From Chitinophagales bacterium (GTDB taxonomy: Bacteria > Bacteroidota > Bacteroidia > Chitinophagales > JADIYW01): DNA of 64,000 nt. Shown piece after piece: positions 40,401 through 50,094 of this stretch (its first letter is position 1; each line of letters starts with the position of its first letter). The position numbers and the translations under genes were made by a program. The stretch lies in NCBI GenBank assembly GCA_020848475.1, contig JADKZZ010000042.1:4243-68242 (forward strand), in the 5' to 3' direction. A model generated the notes under the pieces. The model was not told where the DNA came from. It saw only the letters and a program-made list of their open reading frames with translations, and made no database searches.

Positions 40401-40513
40401 ACTTCGTATTAGAAGAGCAACACTTTTTACCAGCAGTTGGCTATCAAGTAAAAGTTAGAAATAAAGACGAACAACCGGCAGAATTCTTTATTGATAAACC
40501 GGAAAAAGCATAA
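37412..40513 (+). CDS. actB: Alternative complex III subunit ActB (molybdopterin-oxidoreductase-like domain fused to an Fe-S domain)
   Basis: The twin-arginine signal is NRRDFLKVMGFS. The C-terminal part carries ferredoxin-type clusters (CIGCGACVVAC, CQHCNNAPC, CIGTRYCANNCP, CSFC). Length is 1033 aa. Confidence 0.9.
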   Translation: MSNKKYWTSLDELNNTPQYQESAAVEFKDATENDIAEEQSQGGTNRRDFLKVMGFSVSAAALASACKIPTHKAIPYTIDLRKQVPEVVPGVADYFASSFTDGTDFVNILVKTREGRPIKIEPNNDSPLGGTTAHSEASVLSLYDTTRLATPTQKNKKADWKSVDADVTQKLNAIAASGGKIAIVTGTITSVVTKKAIEKFVAKYPSTTVVAYDAVSNYATRKANQISVGAAIIPTIHFDKAEVIVGFNSDFIGTGISALSNVKKYIANRVPSKENPKMSRHHQFQSNVTITGSNADYKYPIKPSEEKQALINLYAEIGGSISGVKTLSGKDANDGIKKVAKELLAAKGKSVVISDTNDVDVQLLVNAINATLGNYGTVIDTANTSNLKAGNDEALAALANDLKAGAYKGIIFLNANPVYNTPYADIFKEAIKKAELSISTADRPDETAQFCTYVCPDNNYLESWDIISPVTGFYGFVQPAISPLFDTRQTAATLLTWAGDTTPIAEVVQAEVATITGANYRAAVQAGFYGSIGLAGGASANAASAIAALSTATASAANGLEVVFYEKSGVGDGSFANNPFLQEMPDPITKVTWDNYVCVPYSFAKEKGIDAQPAEKNVPIAKVTINGKTLELPVVVQFGQAQNTLAIAVGYGREKAGPAGDAVGKNVYTLLKAVNGVTSFSTSGATFELTGKEYQLGLNQTYHTLMEDNSLPMREKRYRGSIVKETTLSDYAKNEKSGNEDREHIKEHFSHSLYDGYKPNDYKQGHHWGMVVDLNACIGCGACVVACSIENNVPVVGRRQVYRSQEMHWLRIDRYYSGNPDNPDVAFQPMMCQHCNNAPCENVCPVNATNHSSDGLNQMAYNRCIGTRYCANNCPYKVRRFNWLDYQGVDSFGTFNDGKMSFTDTQAQSYMFEDLTRMVLNPDVVTRSRGVIEKCSFCIQRIQEGKLTAKKEGRPVKDGDIKSACQTACSTNAIIFGDQNDKESVVAKTFDTSGRNYFVLEEQHFLPAVGYQVKVRNKDEQPAEFFIDKPEKA

Positions 40514-40551
40514 CATAATTGTAAATAAAATTTGTAGTAAAGCAAGATATA

Positions 40552-41991
40552 ATGGCAAGTCATTTTGAATCACCACTACGCGAACCGTTAATTAACGGCA
40601 ATAAGACCTATAAGGATATTACGAATGATATCGTAAAACCTACGACAGGTAAAATACAAACTAAATGGGCAATTTATACAGCTATTTCTGCTGTATTTGC
40701 TGGTCTATTTGTTTTCTGTATCGCATGGGAAGTAATGTTTGGTATCGGTACTTGGGGTGCCAATAAAACAGTAGGTTGGGCATGGGATATCACCAACTTC
40801 GTTTGGTGGATTGGTATCGGTCACGCAGGTACGCTTATCTCTGCTATCTTATTATTATTCCGTCAAAAATGGCGTACAGGTGTTAACCGTGCAGCAGAAG
40901 CAATGACCATCTTTGCGGTTGTCTGCGCAGGTCAGTTTCCTATTTTCCATATGGGTCGTGTTTGGGACGCATTTTTTATCTTCCCTTATCCAAATACAAG
41001 AGGTCCACTATGGGTAAACTTTACCTCTCCATTATTATGGGACGTATTTGCGATATCTACCTATTTCACAGTATCATTGTTGTTTTGGTACACAGGTTTA
41101 GTGCCAGATTTTGGCACCATTCGTGACCAATCAAAAACATCTGGCAGATGGAAGTTTTATAACTTCTTAAGCTTCGGTTGGATTGGTACTGCAAAACATT
41201 GGGAACGTTGGGAATCACTATCCTTAATTTTAGCAGGTTTATCTACACCTTTAGTATTGTCAGTACATACAATTGTTTCTTTCGACTTCGCAACATCAGT
41301 TGTACCTGGTTGGCATACGACAATCATGCCTCCTTACTTTGTTGCTGGTGCTATTTTCTCTGGATTCGCAATGGTGCTAACATTAATGATTGTAGCACGT
41401 CATATTATGAACCTACAGGACTACATTACATTAGCACACGTAGAGTCCATGAATAAAATCATGTTAATGACTGGTACCATGGTAGGTATTGCTTACTTAA
41501 CAGAATTATTTGTGGCTTGGTATTCAGGAAATATGTATGAAGCTTATGCTTTTGCTAACCGTGTTTCTGGTCCTTATTGGTGGGCATATTGGTCAATGAT
41601 GTTCTGTAACTTAGTATCTCCACAGGTATTCTGGTTCAGAAAATTAAGAAGAAATATTGCTGTTACGTTCTTCATGTCTATCTTAATTAATATAGGTATG
41701 TGGTTCGAACGTTTCGTAATCATCGTTATTTCTTTGCATAGAGATTATCTTCCATCAAGCTGGTTATACTATTCTCCAACTTGGGTAGAGGTAGGTATCT
41801 TCGTAGGAACAATCGGTTTATTCATGTTCTTATTCTTATTGTTCTGTAGATTCTTCCCTGCTATTGCAATTGCAGAGGTGAAAGCGATTTTAAAAATATC
41901 TGGAAATCAATACCGCGAAAAACAATTAGAAGAAGTAAAAGACATGGAAGTATATAAAGAAACTTCTGTAAAAGCTGGAACTTGGGATTAA
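40552..41991 (+). CDS. actC: Alternative complex III subunit ActC (NrfD/PsrC-like quinol-interacting membrane subunit)
   Basis: This is a polytopic membrane protein of 479 aa with NrfD-like segments (WGLPIV-type region: WAWDITNFVWWIGIGHAGTLIS). It lies directly after actB. Confidence 0.9.
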   Translation: MASHFESPLREPLINGNKTYKDITNDIVKPTTGKIQTKWAIYTAISAVFAGLFVFCIAWEVMFGIGTWGANKTVGWAWDITNFVWWIGIGHAGTLISAILLLFRQKWRTGVNRAAEAMTIFAVVCAGQFPIFHMGRVWDAFFIFPYPNTRGPLWVNFTSPLLWDVFAISTYFTVSLLFWYTGLVPDFGTIRDQSKTSGRWKFYNFLSFGWIGTAKHWERWESLSLILAGLSTPLVLSVHTIVSFDFATSVVPGWHTTIMPPYFVAGAIFSGFAMVLTLMIVARHIMNLQDYITLAHVESMNKIMLMTGTMVGIAYLTELFVAWYSGNMYEAYAFANRVSGPYWWAYWSMMFCNLVSPQVFWFRKLRRNIAVTFFMSILINIGMWFERFVIIVISLHRDYLPSSWLYYSPTWVEVGIFVGTIGLFMFLFLLFCRFFPAIAIAEVKAILKISGNQYREKQLEEVKDMEVYKETSVKAGTWD

Positions 41992-42060
41992 TAAATAAAT
42001 TTATAGTATAAAGTAAATAAAGCCTTAATACTTTTTACTTACTACTTAATACTAAAAAAT

Positions 42061-42591
42061 ATGAGCGATACAAAAAAATATTTAGTAGGAATTTTTGACG
42101 ATGATGATGTGCTAATGCACGCCGTTAAAGATATACGTAAAGCTGGTTATGAAATAACTGACGCTTATACGCCGTTTCCTGTTCACGGATTAGAACATGC
42201 CTTAGGTTTAGAATCAACAAGGTTGCATACCGCAGGTTTCTTTTTTGCTGCTACAGGTTTTACTGTTGCATTAAGTATGATAACGTTTATCAATATGTTC
42301 AATTATCCAACAGATTTCGGTGGTAAACCATATTGGGGTTTATTAGCTTATATTCCAATTACTTTTGAGCATACAGTGCTTTACTCTGCCATTGGTATGA
42401 CGGTTTCTTTCTATTACTTATGTAAGTTATGGCCAGGAAAAACGCCAAAAATTATCGATGAGCGTACTACTGACCACTTATTTGCTTTAACATTTGAATT
42501 AGATGGATCAAAAGATGCAAGCTATATCAACACAGTTTCTGAATTATTGAAAAAAGAAGGCGCAATCGAAGTTTATCAAAAAGAAGTATAA
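42061..42591 (+). CDS. actD: Alternative complex III subunit ActD (DUF3341-type)
   Basis: The N-terminus (LVGIFDDDDVLMHAVKDIRKAGYEITDAYTPFPVHGL) is followed by two membrane helices. The gene occupies the position between actC and actE. Confidence 0.85.
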   Translation: MSDTKKYLVGIFDDDDVLMHAVKDIRKAGYEITDAYTPFPVHGLEHALGLESTRLHTAGFFFAATGFTVALSMITFINMFNYPTDFGGKPYWGLLAYIPITFEHTVLYSAIGMTVSFYYLCKLWPGKTPKIIDERTTDHLFALTFELDGSKDASYINTVSELLKKEGAIEVYQKEV

Positions 42592-42595
42592 TATC

Positions 42596-43201
42596 ATGTT
42601 GAAAAAATATCATTTCATACTATTAATTCTGGTACTTGGCTTTACAGCTTGTATTAGAAACGACAAAAAACCTGGTAGAGAATATATGCCAGATATGTCA
42701 GCTCATATTGCTTACGAAGCTGGTTCTGATAATCCTTTCTTTAAAGATGGAAAAACAAATCAATTGGCTCCAGATGGAAGTATGGCAAGAGGAAAATATA
42801 TCTATCCTTTGTCTGATACAGATTATGAGAAATCTGCTTCATTAATTACAAATCCTTTCCAGTTTACAAGTGATGAAATCAATAACGAAGGAAAACATTT
42901 GTACAAAGTAAACTGTGCAATCTGCCATGGCGACAAAGGTGATGGTCAAGGTCATTTAGTTCAAATAAATAAATTTCCACCGCCGCCTTCTTACCTTACA
43001 GAACCATTATTGTCTTTGCCAGATGGAAAAAGATATCATACTGTAATGTACGGAAAAGGATTGATGGGCTCGTATGCATCTCAATTAAACCATAAAGAAC
43101 GTTGGTTAGTATTGAGCTATGTGAAAAAGAATTTACAAGGTATTTCAACGCCTGCTCCTGCAACAACAGCAACAGCAACGGATTCAACTAAAACTAATTA
43201 A
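42596..43201 (+). CDS. actE: Alternative complex III subunit ActE (monoheme cytochrome c lipoprotein)
   Basis: The lipobox is LGFTAC. There is a single CAICH heme motif, with a downstream Met-containing segment (YGKGLMGSY). Confidence 0.85.
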   Translation: MLKKYHFILLILVLGFTACIRNDKKPGREYMPDMSAHIAYEAGSDNPFFKDGKTNQLAPDGSMARGKYIYPLSDTDYEKSASLITNPFQFTSDEINNEGKHLYKVNCAICHGDKGDGQGHLVQINKFPPPPSYLTEPLLSLPDGKRYHTVMYGKGLMGSYASQLNHKERWLVLSYVKKNLQGISTPAPATTATATDSTKTN

Positions 43202-43224
43202 ACCAAATTAAATAGACACTCGCA

Positions 43225-44526
43225 ATGAATACATACGTTTTTGATTCGAGCACCAAGAAAAATATTTTTACTGCCTTTGGAATAGGAGTGTTGCTTCTTG
43301 TGTTGGGTATTTTCACTTTCAATGGTGGACAATCTAGTAACCATGATGCACATCATGAGTCGGAAAAACATGCAACAGCAAAAGCTGATAATCGCGACGC
43401 TGCAGCGGAAGGTCATGGACACGAAGCGCCAACAGTAAAAACAGCATTAATTGCAAATTCTCATAATGCTTTATATTTCTTTTTTTATATCGCATTAGGT
43501 GCAATATTTTTCTTGGCTGCAACTAATATTGCTTGGGGCGGCTGGCAAATACAGATACAAAAAATTCCATTGGCAATGGCTACAACAATCATATTCTTCT
43601 TAGTAGGTTTATGTATTGTATTTGCGCTATTTAACCATGACCTTTTCCATTGGACACATGAATCCTTATATGCTAAAGGAACTGCAACATTTGATGAAGT
43701 TTTAAATATCAAAAGCGATTTCTTGAATATGAAAACATTTTGGGCGTTCACCATTGTTATTTCTATTTCATGTGCACTTATGGTAATTAAGTTTTGGAAT
43801 ACATTTTCAAAATTAGATACTAACCCTACGAGACAATTATTTTCTAGTAGCCGTGTAATTTCTGCTGTATCTATAGTTGTCATTTCTTTCTTGATAAATA
43901 CTTTTGCAACATGGTTGTGGTCGATGTCAATCCAACCTCATTGGTATAGTACTATGTTTACGTGGAATACGATGGCTGGTGCTTGTGTTACCACACTTTC
44001 TATAATTATTTTATTTATACATTACCTAAAAGCAAAAGGCTATTTACCTCAAGTAAATGATAACCATATCCACGACGTAGCTAAATTGATGTTTGCTATT
44101 AGTATATTCTGGTGCTATACTTGGTTTGCACAATACATGCTAATTTGGTATGCTAATATTCCAGAAGAAACTGAATATTTCCGTTTACGCAGAGATTTCG
44201 ATAATTATGGTGTACTATTCCATGGTTCTTGGGTTTTAAACTTTGTTATTCCGTTCTTTATTTTAATGACTAGAAATGCAAAAAGAAGTGTAAATATCAC
44301 CATCTTTTGTGCAATCGTTATTATTCTTGGTCAATATGCAGCATTCTTCTTAATGAACTGTCCTCCATTATTACCAAAAGGTGGCTTCGGTTTAATTAGC
44401 TTTGGTTTGTTATTGATTTTTGGAAGTATATTTGTTTATTTAACACTGATGATGTTGGCAAAAGTTAAAGACTTAACATCAAGCACACATCCGTATGTAA
44501 AAGAAAGTTATAATCACCATATTTAA
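43225..44526 (+). CDS. actF: Alternative complex III subunit ActF (second NrfD-like membrane subunit)
   Basis: This is a polytopic 433-aa membrane protein directly following actE. The call rests on operon position and topology. Confidence 0.75.
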   Translation: MNTYVFDSSTKKNIFTAFGIGVLLLVLGIFTFNGGQSSNHDAHHESEKHATAKADNRDAAAEGHGHEAPTVKTALIANSHNALYFFFYIALGAIFFLAATNIAWGGWQIQIQKIPLAMATTIIFFLVGLCIVFALFNHDLFHWTHESLYAKGTATFDEVLNIKSDFLNMKTFWAFTIVISISCALMVIKFWNTFSKLDTNPTRQLFSSSRVISAVSIVVISFLINTFATWLWSMSIQPHWYSTMFTWNTMAGACVTTLSIIILFIHYLKAKGYLPQVNDNHIHDVAKLMFAISIFWCYTWFAQYMLIWYANIPEETEYFRLRRDFDNYGVLFHGSWVLNFVIPFFILMTRNAKRSVNITIFCAIVIILGQYAAFFLMNCPPLLPKGGFGLISFGLLLIFGSIFVYLTLMMLAKVKDLTSSTHPYVKESYNHHI

Positions 44527-44538
44527 AAATAGTCACAA

Positions 44539-45507
44539 ATGTCAATTATATTAGGCCTATTAACGTTAGTGTTGTTGTACATCGTAGTTGTACAAATCAG
44601 CAAAGCGTCCGATTTAATAAAGTCATTACGATCGGATGATGAACAAGAAGAATCTTTTAGCAATGGCGCATTATTTGTAGCAGTAATCGGCTTTGGAGTT
44701 TTAGTATATTCCATTGTTAGCTGCTTTATTTATGGTCCTACTATTTTACCAAAACCTGCGTCAGAACAGGGTGTTTGGATTGATAATTTATTGAAAATTA
44801 CTATTGTCTTAACAGGTATTGTTTTCGTTATCACACAAACATTATTATTCTGGTTTGCATATAAATATCAATATAAAAAAGATAGAAAAGCATATTTCTT
44901 TGCTGATCACAATAAATTAGAGATTGCTTGGACAATTATTCCAGCTGCTGTATTGACTTTATTAATTGTATTTGGTATCCAAAAATGGTTCAAAATATTT
45001 TCACCAACACCAAAAGAAGCGATTCGAATTGAAGTTGTTGGTAAACAATATGCTTGGTCTGTTCGTTACGCAGGTGCTGATAAAAAATTAGGTAAGCGCG
45101 ATTTTTCTTTAGTAAATCCTGATAATGAATTAGGAATTAATTGGAACGATGCATCTAGCCATGATGATTTTATGGCCGATGAAATCGTTTTACCAGTTGG
45201 CAAACCTGTTTCTTTTGACATCGGTGCTTTAGACGTAATTCATAATTTCTGGTTGCCTCACTTCCGCTTAATGATGTCAGCAGTTCCTGGTGTGCCTACG
45301 CATTTATGGTTTAGACCAACAGTGACAACAGAAGAAATGAAAAAAGAAACGAATAATCCAAACTTTGAATATGTTGTTGCTTGTAACAAATTATGTGGTT
45401 CTGGTCACTATAACATGAAGAAAGTAGTAAAAGTAGTTTCTCAAGAAGAATATGAAAAATGGTTCAGAAGTCAAAAATCATATTATTATTCAGTAGTTAA
45501 ACAATAA
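44539..45507 (+). CDS. ctaC: Cytochrome c oxidase subunit II (CuA-containing, no fused cytochrome c)
   Basis: Two N-terminal membrane helices are present. The cupredoxin region carries DVIHNFWLP, and the CuA ligands lie in CNKLCGSGHYNM. There is no CXXCH motif in the protein. Confidence 0.9.
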   Translation: MSIILGLLTLVLLYIVVVQISKASDLIKSLRSDDEQEESFSNGALFVAVIGFGVLVYSIVSCFIYGPTILPKPASEQGVWIDNLLKITIVLTGIVFVITQTLLFWFAYKYQYKKDRKAYFFADHNKLEIAWTIIPAAVLTLLIVFGIQKWFKIFSPTPKEAIRIEVVGKQYAWSVRYAGADKKLGKRDFSLVNPDNELGINWNDASSHDDFMADEIVLPVGKPVSFDIGALDVIHNFWLPHFRLMMSAVPGVPTHLWFRPTVTTEEMKKETNNPNFEYVVACNKLCGSGHYNMKKVVKVVSQEEYEKWFRSQKSYYYSVVKQ

Positions 45508-45591
45508 TCTATTCCATTGCTGTTGATTTCTATCAGCTAGAATTTTTGAAAAATAAGTAACAAGTATAATTCATTAGTATAAACTAAAAAT

Positions 45592-47412
45592 ATGCAAACA
45601 ACTACCACATCTGAGCAACATGTACATGATAACGCACATGCACATGCTTCCGGTCATCACCATACGGAGACGTTTGTTTCTAAATACATTTTCAGCTTAG
45701 ACCATAAAACAATTGGTAAGCAATTTTTAACGATGGGTATGATTTGGGCAATCATCGGTGGATTTATGTCAGTGGTTTTCCGTATCCAATTAGGCTGGCC
45801 AGACGAAACATTCCCAATCTTAGAAAGAATATTCTCTTCTTGGTTCACGGATGGAAAATTAAATCCAGAATCTTATTATGCATTAATTACAATGCATGGT
45901 ACAATTATGGTATTCTTCGTATTAACAGCGAGCTTAAGCGGTACTTTTGCCAATATCCTTATACCATTACAAATTGGCGCTAGAGATATGGCTTCTCCGT
46001 TAATGAATGCGCTATCGTTCTGGTTGTTTTTCTTTGCTGGTGTAATCATGTTTGCTTCTTTATTCTTACCCACAGGTGCTGCATCTGCTGGCTGGACAAT
46101 CTATCCTCCTTTGAGTGCTTTGCCTCAAACATCACCTGGTTCTGGTAATGGTATGACTTTTTGGTTAATTGCAATGGTGTTATTCGTTGCTTCTACATTA
46201 TTAGGTGGTCTTAACTATGTTTCTACTATTTTAAATATGCGTACTAAAGGTATGACAATGTATAGAATGCCTTTAACAGTATGGGCATTGTTCTTTACTG
46301 CTATTATCGGTATCTTATCGTTCCCTGTATTAGTATCATGTGTAGTTTTGTTGATTTTTGATAGAGGATTAGGAACAAGTTTCTACTTATCTAATATCGT
46401 TATTGGTGGTAAATTATTACCATATTCAGGTGGTTCACCAATTTTATTCCAACACTTATTTTGGTTCTTAGGTCACCCTGAAGTATATATCATCATCTTG
46501 CCAGCAATGGGTATTGTTTCTGAAGTATTAGCTGTCCATTCTCGTAAGCCAATCTTCGGTTACAAAGCGATGATTTTCTCAATTCTAGGTATTACAGTAT
46601 TAAGCTTTATTGTTTGGGCACACCACATGTTCTTGTCTGGTATGAATCCATTCTTAGGCTCAATTTTTACATTATTTACTTTATTAATTGCGATTCCATC
46701 AGCCGTAAAAGTATTCAACTGGTTAACCACTTTATGGCGTGGTAATATCAGAATTAATCCACCATCTATGTTTGCTATTGGATTCGTATCCATGTTTATC
46801 TCTGGTGGTTTAACAGGTATTTGGTTAGGTAACTCTACTGTAGATATTCAATTACACGATACTTATTTCGTTGTTGCACATTTCCATATTGTAATGGGTA
46901 TTGCAGCATTCTTTGGTATGTTCGCTGGTGTGTATCACTGGTTCCCACGTATGTATGGTAGAATGATGAATGAGACAATGGCTTACATTCACTTTGCTAT
47001 TACATTTATTGGTGCTTACTTGATTTTTTGGCCAATGCATTTCATCGGTTTAGCAGGTGTTCCTCGCCGTTATTATTCATTCAACGAAATTGAAGCATTC
47101 GCTCAGTACGGAGATTTGAATAAATTAATCAGTATTGCTACCATCGTTGTTTTCTTAGGTCAATTGTTATTCTTGGTAAACTTTGTTTACAGTATTTATA
47201 GAGGTAAAAAATCTACTCAAAATCCTTGGCAAGCAAATACTTTAGAATGGACATCTCCAATTGAAGGTATCCACGGAAACTGGGATGGCGAATTGCCTAC
47301 AGTTCATCGTTGGCCATACGATTATAGCCGCAATCCAAATAGCGATGTAGATTTCATTCCTCAAACTGTTCCTTTAACAGAAGAAGAAAAGAAAGATAAA
47401 ATTCATCATTAA
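45592..47412 (+). CDS. ctaD: Cytochrome c oxidase subunit I
   Basis: The heme-copper oxidase signatures are present: WFLGHPEVYIIILP, HHMF, and VAHFHIVMG as the heme ligand region. Length is 606 aa. Confidence 0.97.
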   Translation: MQTTTTSEQHVHDNAHAHASGHHHTETFVSKYIFSLDHKTIGKQFLTMGMIWAIIGGFMSVVFRIQLGWPDETFPILERIFSSWFTDGKLNPESYYALITMHGTIMVFFVLTASLSGTFANILIPLQIGARDMASPLMNALSFWLFFFAGVIMFASLFLPTGAASAGWTIYPPLSALPQTSPGSGNGMTFWLIAMVLFVASTLLGGLNYVSTILNMRTKGMTMYRMPLTVWALFFTAIIGILSFPVLVSCVVLLIFDRGLGTSFYLSNIVIGGKLLPYSGGSPILFQHLFWFLGHPEVYIIILPAMGIVSEVLAVHSRKPIFGYKAMIFSILGITVLSFIVWAHHMFLSGMNPFLGSIFTLFTLLIAIPSAVKVFNWLTTLWRGNIRINPPSMFAIGFVSMFISGGLTGIWLGNSTVDIQLHDTYFVVAHFHIVMGIAAFFGMFAGVYHWFPRMYGRMMNETMAYIHFAITFIGAYLIFWPMHFIGLAGVPRRYYSFNEIEAFAQYGDLNKLISIATIVVFLGQLLFLVNFVYSIYRGKKSTQNPWQANTLEWTSPIEGIHGNWDGELPTVHRWPYDYSRNPNSDVDFIPQTVPLTEEEKKDKIHH

Positions 47413-47432
47413 TTGTAGTTGATTTTAATATT

Positions 47433-48338
47433 TTGAAAGCGCAAGAATTACATATTAAAGATTTGACTCTTGGTAGATTAATTACCTTGAAAATTAAGGA
47501 TATATTGGAATTGACAAAATTCCGATTGTCGTTCTTAGTGGTGTTTTCTGCTGTAATGGCATATTTAATTGCTAATACAGGTTTGATTAATTGGGCAAAG
47601 GTAACATTACTCTTTTTAGGTGGTTTTTTTGTAACAGCTTCTTCTAATGCAATTAATCAATTATTAGAGAAAGACACAGACAAATTGATGGACAGAACAA
47701 AAAATCGTCCATTGCCTGCTGGAAGAATGAAGCCAATAGAAGCATCTTTAATTGCTGGTATTTTTGCTGTAGCTGGCATTTTTATTTTAGGTGTTCTATT
47801 TAATCCTATCAGTGGTTTATTAGGTGCACTGTCGCTTATTTCGTATGCTTTTATTTATACGCCATTTAAAAAAATAAGTCCTATTGCAGTTTTTATTGGT
47901 GCAATTCCAGGTTCCATGCCTTTATTAATTGGTTGGACAGCAGCAACTGGTTCTATCGGAATTGGTGGAATTATCTTATTTGCGATTCAATTTTTTTGGC
48001 AAATTCCTCATTTTTGGGCTATTGCATGGTTGCTAAATGAAGATTATAAAAAAGCAGGCTATTACTTGTTGCCATCTTATGAAGGAAAAACACGTGCAAC
48101 TGCTTTACAAAATATTCCTTATTTAGTGTGCTTAGTTGCGGTGAGTGCTTTGCCGTATGTATTAGGTATGACTGGTATCATCTCATTAATTATTAGTTTA
48201 ATTGCCGGTATTTTATTTCTAATACAAGGCATACAATTAGCAACAGATATTTCTGATAAAAGTGCACGTAAATTGATGTTTGCCTCTTTTATCTATATTC
48301 CAATAGTATTTATTTCATTTGTAATAGATAAGTTATGA
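47433..48338 (+). CDS. cyoE: Protoheme IX farnesyltransferase (heme o synthase)
   Basis: The UbiA-family motif NQLLEKDTDKLMDRTKNRPLP is present in a polytopic membrane protein. The start codon is TTG at 47433. Confidence 0.9.
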   Translation: MKAQELHIKDLTLGRLITLKIKDILELTKFRLSFLVVFSAVMAYLIANTGLINWAKVTLLFLGGFFVTASSNAINQLLEKDTDKLMDRTKNRPLPAGRMKPIEASLIAGIFAVAGIFILGVLFNPISGLLGALSLISYAFIYTPFKKISPIAVFIGAIPGSMPLLIGWTAATGSIGIGGIILFAIQFFWQIPHFWAIAWLLNEDYKKAGYYLLPSYEGKTRATALQNIPYLVCLVAVSALPYVLGMTGIISLIISLIAGILFLIQGIQLATDISDKSARKLMFASFIYIPIVFISFVIDKL

Positions 48339-48964
48339 ATTTAAATGCATCTTTAAAATATAAAGTAAACAATCAAGGAGCACATCGCTTCACGATGTAC
48401 CTATTCATCATCACCACATCAATGATTTTCGCAGGTTTCACGAGTGCGTTTTTAGTGCGCAAAGGTGTTGGTGGTGCTTGGACGTCTTTTGGTATTCCAT
48501 CTGTATTTATCATTTCTACAGTTTTGATTTTATTAAGCAGTGTATGCTTGCATCTTGCACATCTTGCCAATAAAAAACAAAACAATGTAATGACAACAAT
48601 AGGATTATTTGCAACATTAGTTTTAGGAGCTTTGTTTTGCTATTTCCAAATTCAAGGCTGGATAGCATTAAATGATGCAGGCGTTTACTTGTCTTTTAAT
48701 CCCAATCCGGCTGGACCCTATTTCTTAGTAATTACATTCGTACATGCTGTACATGTTATTTTTGGATTGTTATTTTTGTTAATCGCATTTTTTCATTCTT
48801 TATTACTTTTAAGAAGAAAAGAAAGCACGCATGTAATCGATCAAATAGAATCATCAGAAAAAGGAATATTTATCATACGTACTGATTTGCTGACTTTGTT
48901 TTGGCATTTCATGGGAATACTTTGGGTATATTTGTATTTCTTCTTAACTTTTAATTTAAAATAG
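48335..48964 (+). CDS. Heme-copper oxidase subunit III family protein (short form, 209 aa)
   Basis: The protein has five predicted helices and a C-terminal WHFMGILWVYLYFFL segment typical of subunit III. The start overlaps the cyoE stop (ATGA). Confidence 0.8.
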   Translation: MNLNASLKYKVNNQGAHRFTMYLFIITTSMIFAGFTSAFLVRKGVGGAWTSFGIPSVFIISTVLILLSSVCLHLAHLANKKQNNVMTTIGLFATLVLGALFCYFQIQGWIALNDAGVYLSFNPNPAGPYFLVITFVHAVHVIFGLLFLLIAFFHSLLLLRRKESTHVIDQIESSEKGIFIIRTDLLTLFWHFMGILWVYLYFFLTFNLK

Positions 48965-48981
48965 ACAATAAAATTTCAATA

Positions 48982-49731
48982 ATGGCAGAAGTAGTAGACA
49001 TACACGAGCAGCATGTAGAAAATCAGCATCATTTACCAAGCCCTGATAATGGCGAAGGTGGTGAAAAATCAGCAATGAATATGAGTTATGGCAAAACCAT
49101 GATGTGGTATTTCTTGCTTTCAGATGCGTTTACATTTTCTGCATTTTTAATCTCTTACGCTTGTATCCGTTTGGCGCAACCATGGTGGCCAAATCCTAAC
49201 TCCGTATTCAAATCATTCCCTGGCTTAGGCGATGCATATGTACCATTAGGTTTTGTGAGTGTAATGACATTTATTTTAATTCTAAGCTCAGTAGCTGTTG
49301 TTCGTGCGGTTCAAGAAGGCCATAGAATGAATAAAAAAGGCGTTATGCTTTGGATGATTGGTGGTATCGTTGGTGGTGTGATGTTCTTAGGCTGCCAAGC
49401 TTGGGAATGGAATCATTTAATACATGAAGGCTTACGTCCGTTTTATAATCCTTTTGGTCCAGATGCTAATGGTTTGACACACTTAGTACACGAGAAAATG
49501 TCTGTTTCTCCTGGTCCAATCTTGTTTGGTGCGCTATTCTTTGGTATTACTGGCTTTCACGGTTTTCACGTATTCACAGGAATCTGTATAAACATTTGGG
49601 CATTTTTTGCTACGGCAAATGGTACTTTTGAAAAACGCGGTCACTACGAAATGATTGAAAAAGTTGGTTTATACTGGCACTTTGTAGATTTAGTTTGGGT
49701 ATTCGTATTCTTAGCATTCTACTTAATGTAA
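48982..49731 (+). CDS. ctaE: Cytochrome c oxidase subunit III
   Basis: The segments FGITGFHGFHVFTG and YWHFVDLVWVFVFLAFY are subunit III signatures. Confidence 0.85.
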   Translation: MAEVVDIHEQHVENQHHLPSPDNGEGGEKSAMNMSYGKTMMWYFLLSDAFTFSAFLISYACIRLAQPWWPNPNSVFKSFPGLGDAYVPLGFVSVMTFILILSSVAVVRAVQEGHRMNKKGVMLWMIGGIVGGVMFLGCQAWEWNHLIHEGLRPFYNPFGPDANGLTHLVHEKMSVSPGPILFGALFFGITGFHGFHVFTGICINIWAFFATANGTFEKRGHYEMIEKVGLYWHFVDLVWVFVFLAFYLM

Positions 49732-49765
49732 CATTAATTATTTAAAACTCTCAAAATCTAATTAT

Positions 49766-50092
49766 ATGAGCGGTCACATGACAGATGAACAATATAAATC
49801 GGCAGTAAAAGCAGTTTGGTCTGCAACAATCATTTTAAGTATTGTTACTGTTGTAGAAGTGGTAGTAGCCTTAGCTGTAGGTCACATTTTACCCAAAATT
49901 ATTTTAAACTCATTCTTCGTTTTAGCAAGTGTAGCGAAAGCATTTTTCATCGTAGGTGAGTTTATGCACTTAAAATATGAAAAGCGTGCATTTATGCTAA
50001 CCTTAGGTGTTCCTTTAGCTTTCTTAGTTTGGGCAATCATTGCTTTAGCTGTTGAAGGACACTACTGGAATATATTGAATTATCCTAAATAG
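49766..50092 (+). CDS. Cytochrome c oxidase subunit IV family small membrane protein
   Basis: The 108-aa protein has three hydrophobic helices and lies directly after the subunit III genes. The segment FFIVGEFMHLKYE resembles prokaryotic subunit IV (CyoD/CtaF-like). Confidence 0.65.
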   Translation: MSGHMTDEQYKSAVKAVWSATIILSIVTVVEVVVALAVGHILPKIILNSFFVLASVAKAFFIVGEFMHLKYEKRAFMLTLGVPLAFLVWAIIALAVEGHYWNILNYPK

Positions 50093-50094
50093 TA

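Noticed and set aside
37412-40513. ActB as a genuine molybdoenzyme or selenoprotein.
   Set aside because: ACIII ActB is established as a molybdopterin-oxidoreductase homologue without the cofactor. No in-frame TGA is present, and I see no catalytic Cys/Sec context.
43485-43883. Long antisense ORFs inside well-supported genes. Examples are 43485-43883 (132 aa, inside actF), 27066-27446 (126 aa, inside the VWA gene), 39657-40037 and 37690-38031 (inside actB), 30316-30675 (inside the RND pump), 61841-62188 (inside the OMP gene) and 4860-5246.
   Set aside because: Each lies entirely within a gene on the other strand whose product has clear family motifs. Their translations are low-complexity, Cys/Ile/Phe-rich, and show no signal or domain pattern. 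I treat them as shadow ORFs. Only strand-specific Ribo-seq could rescue them.
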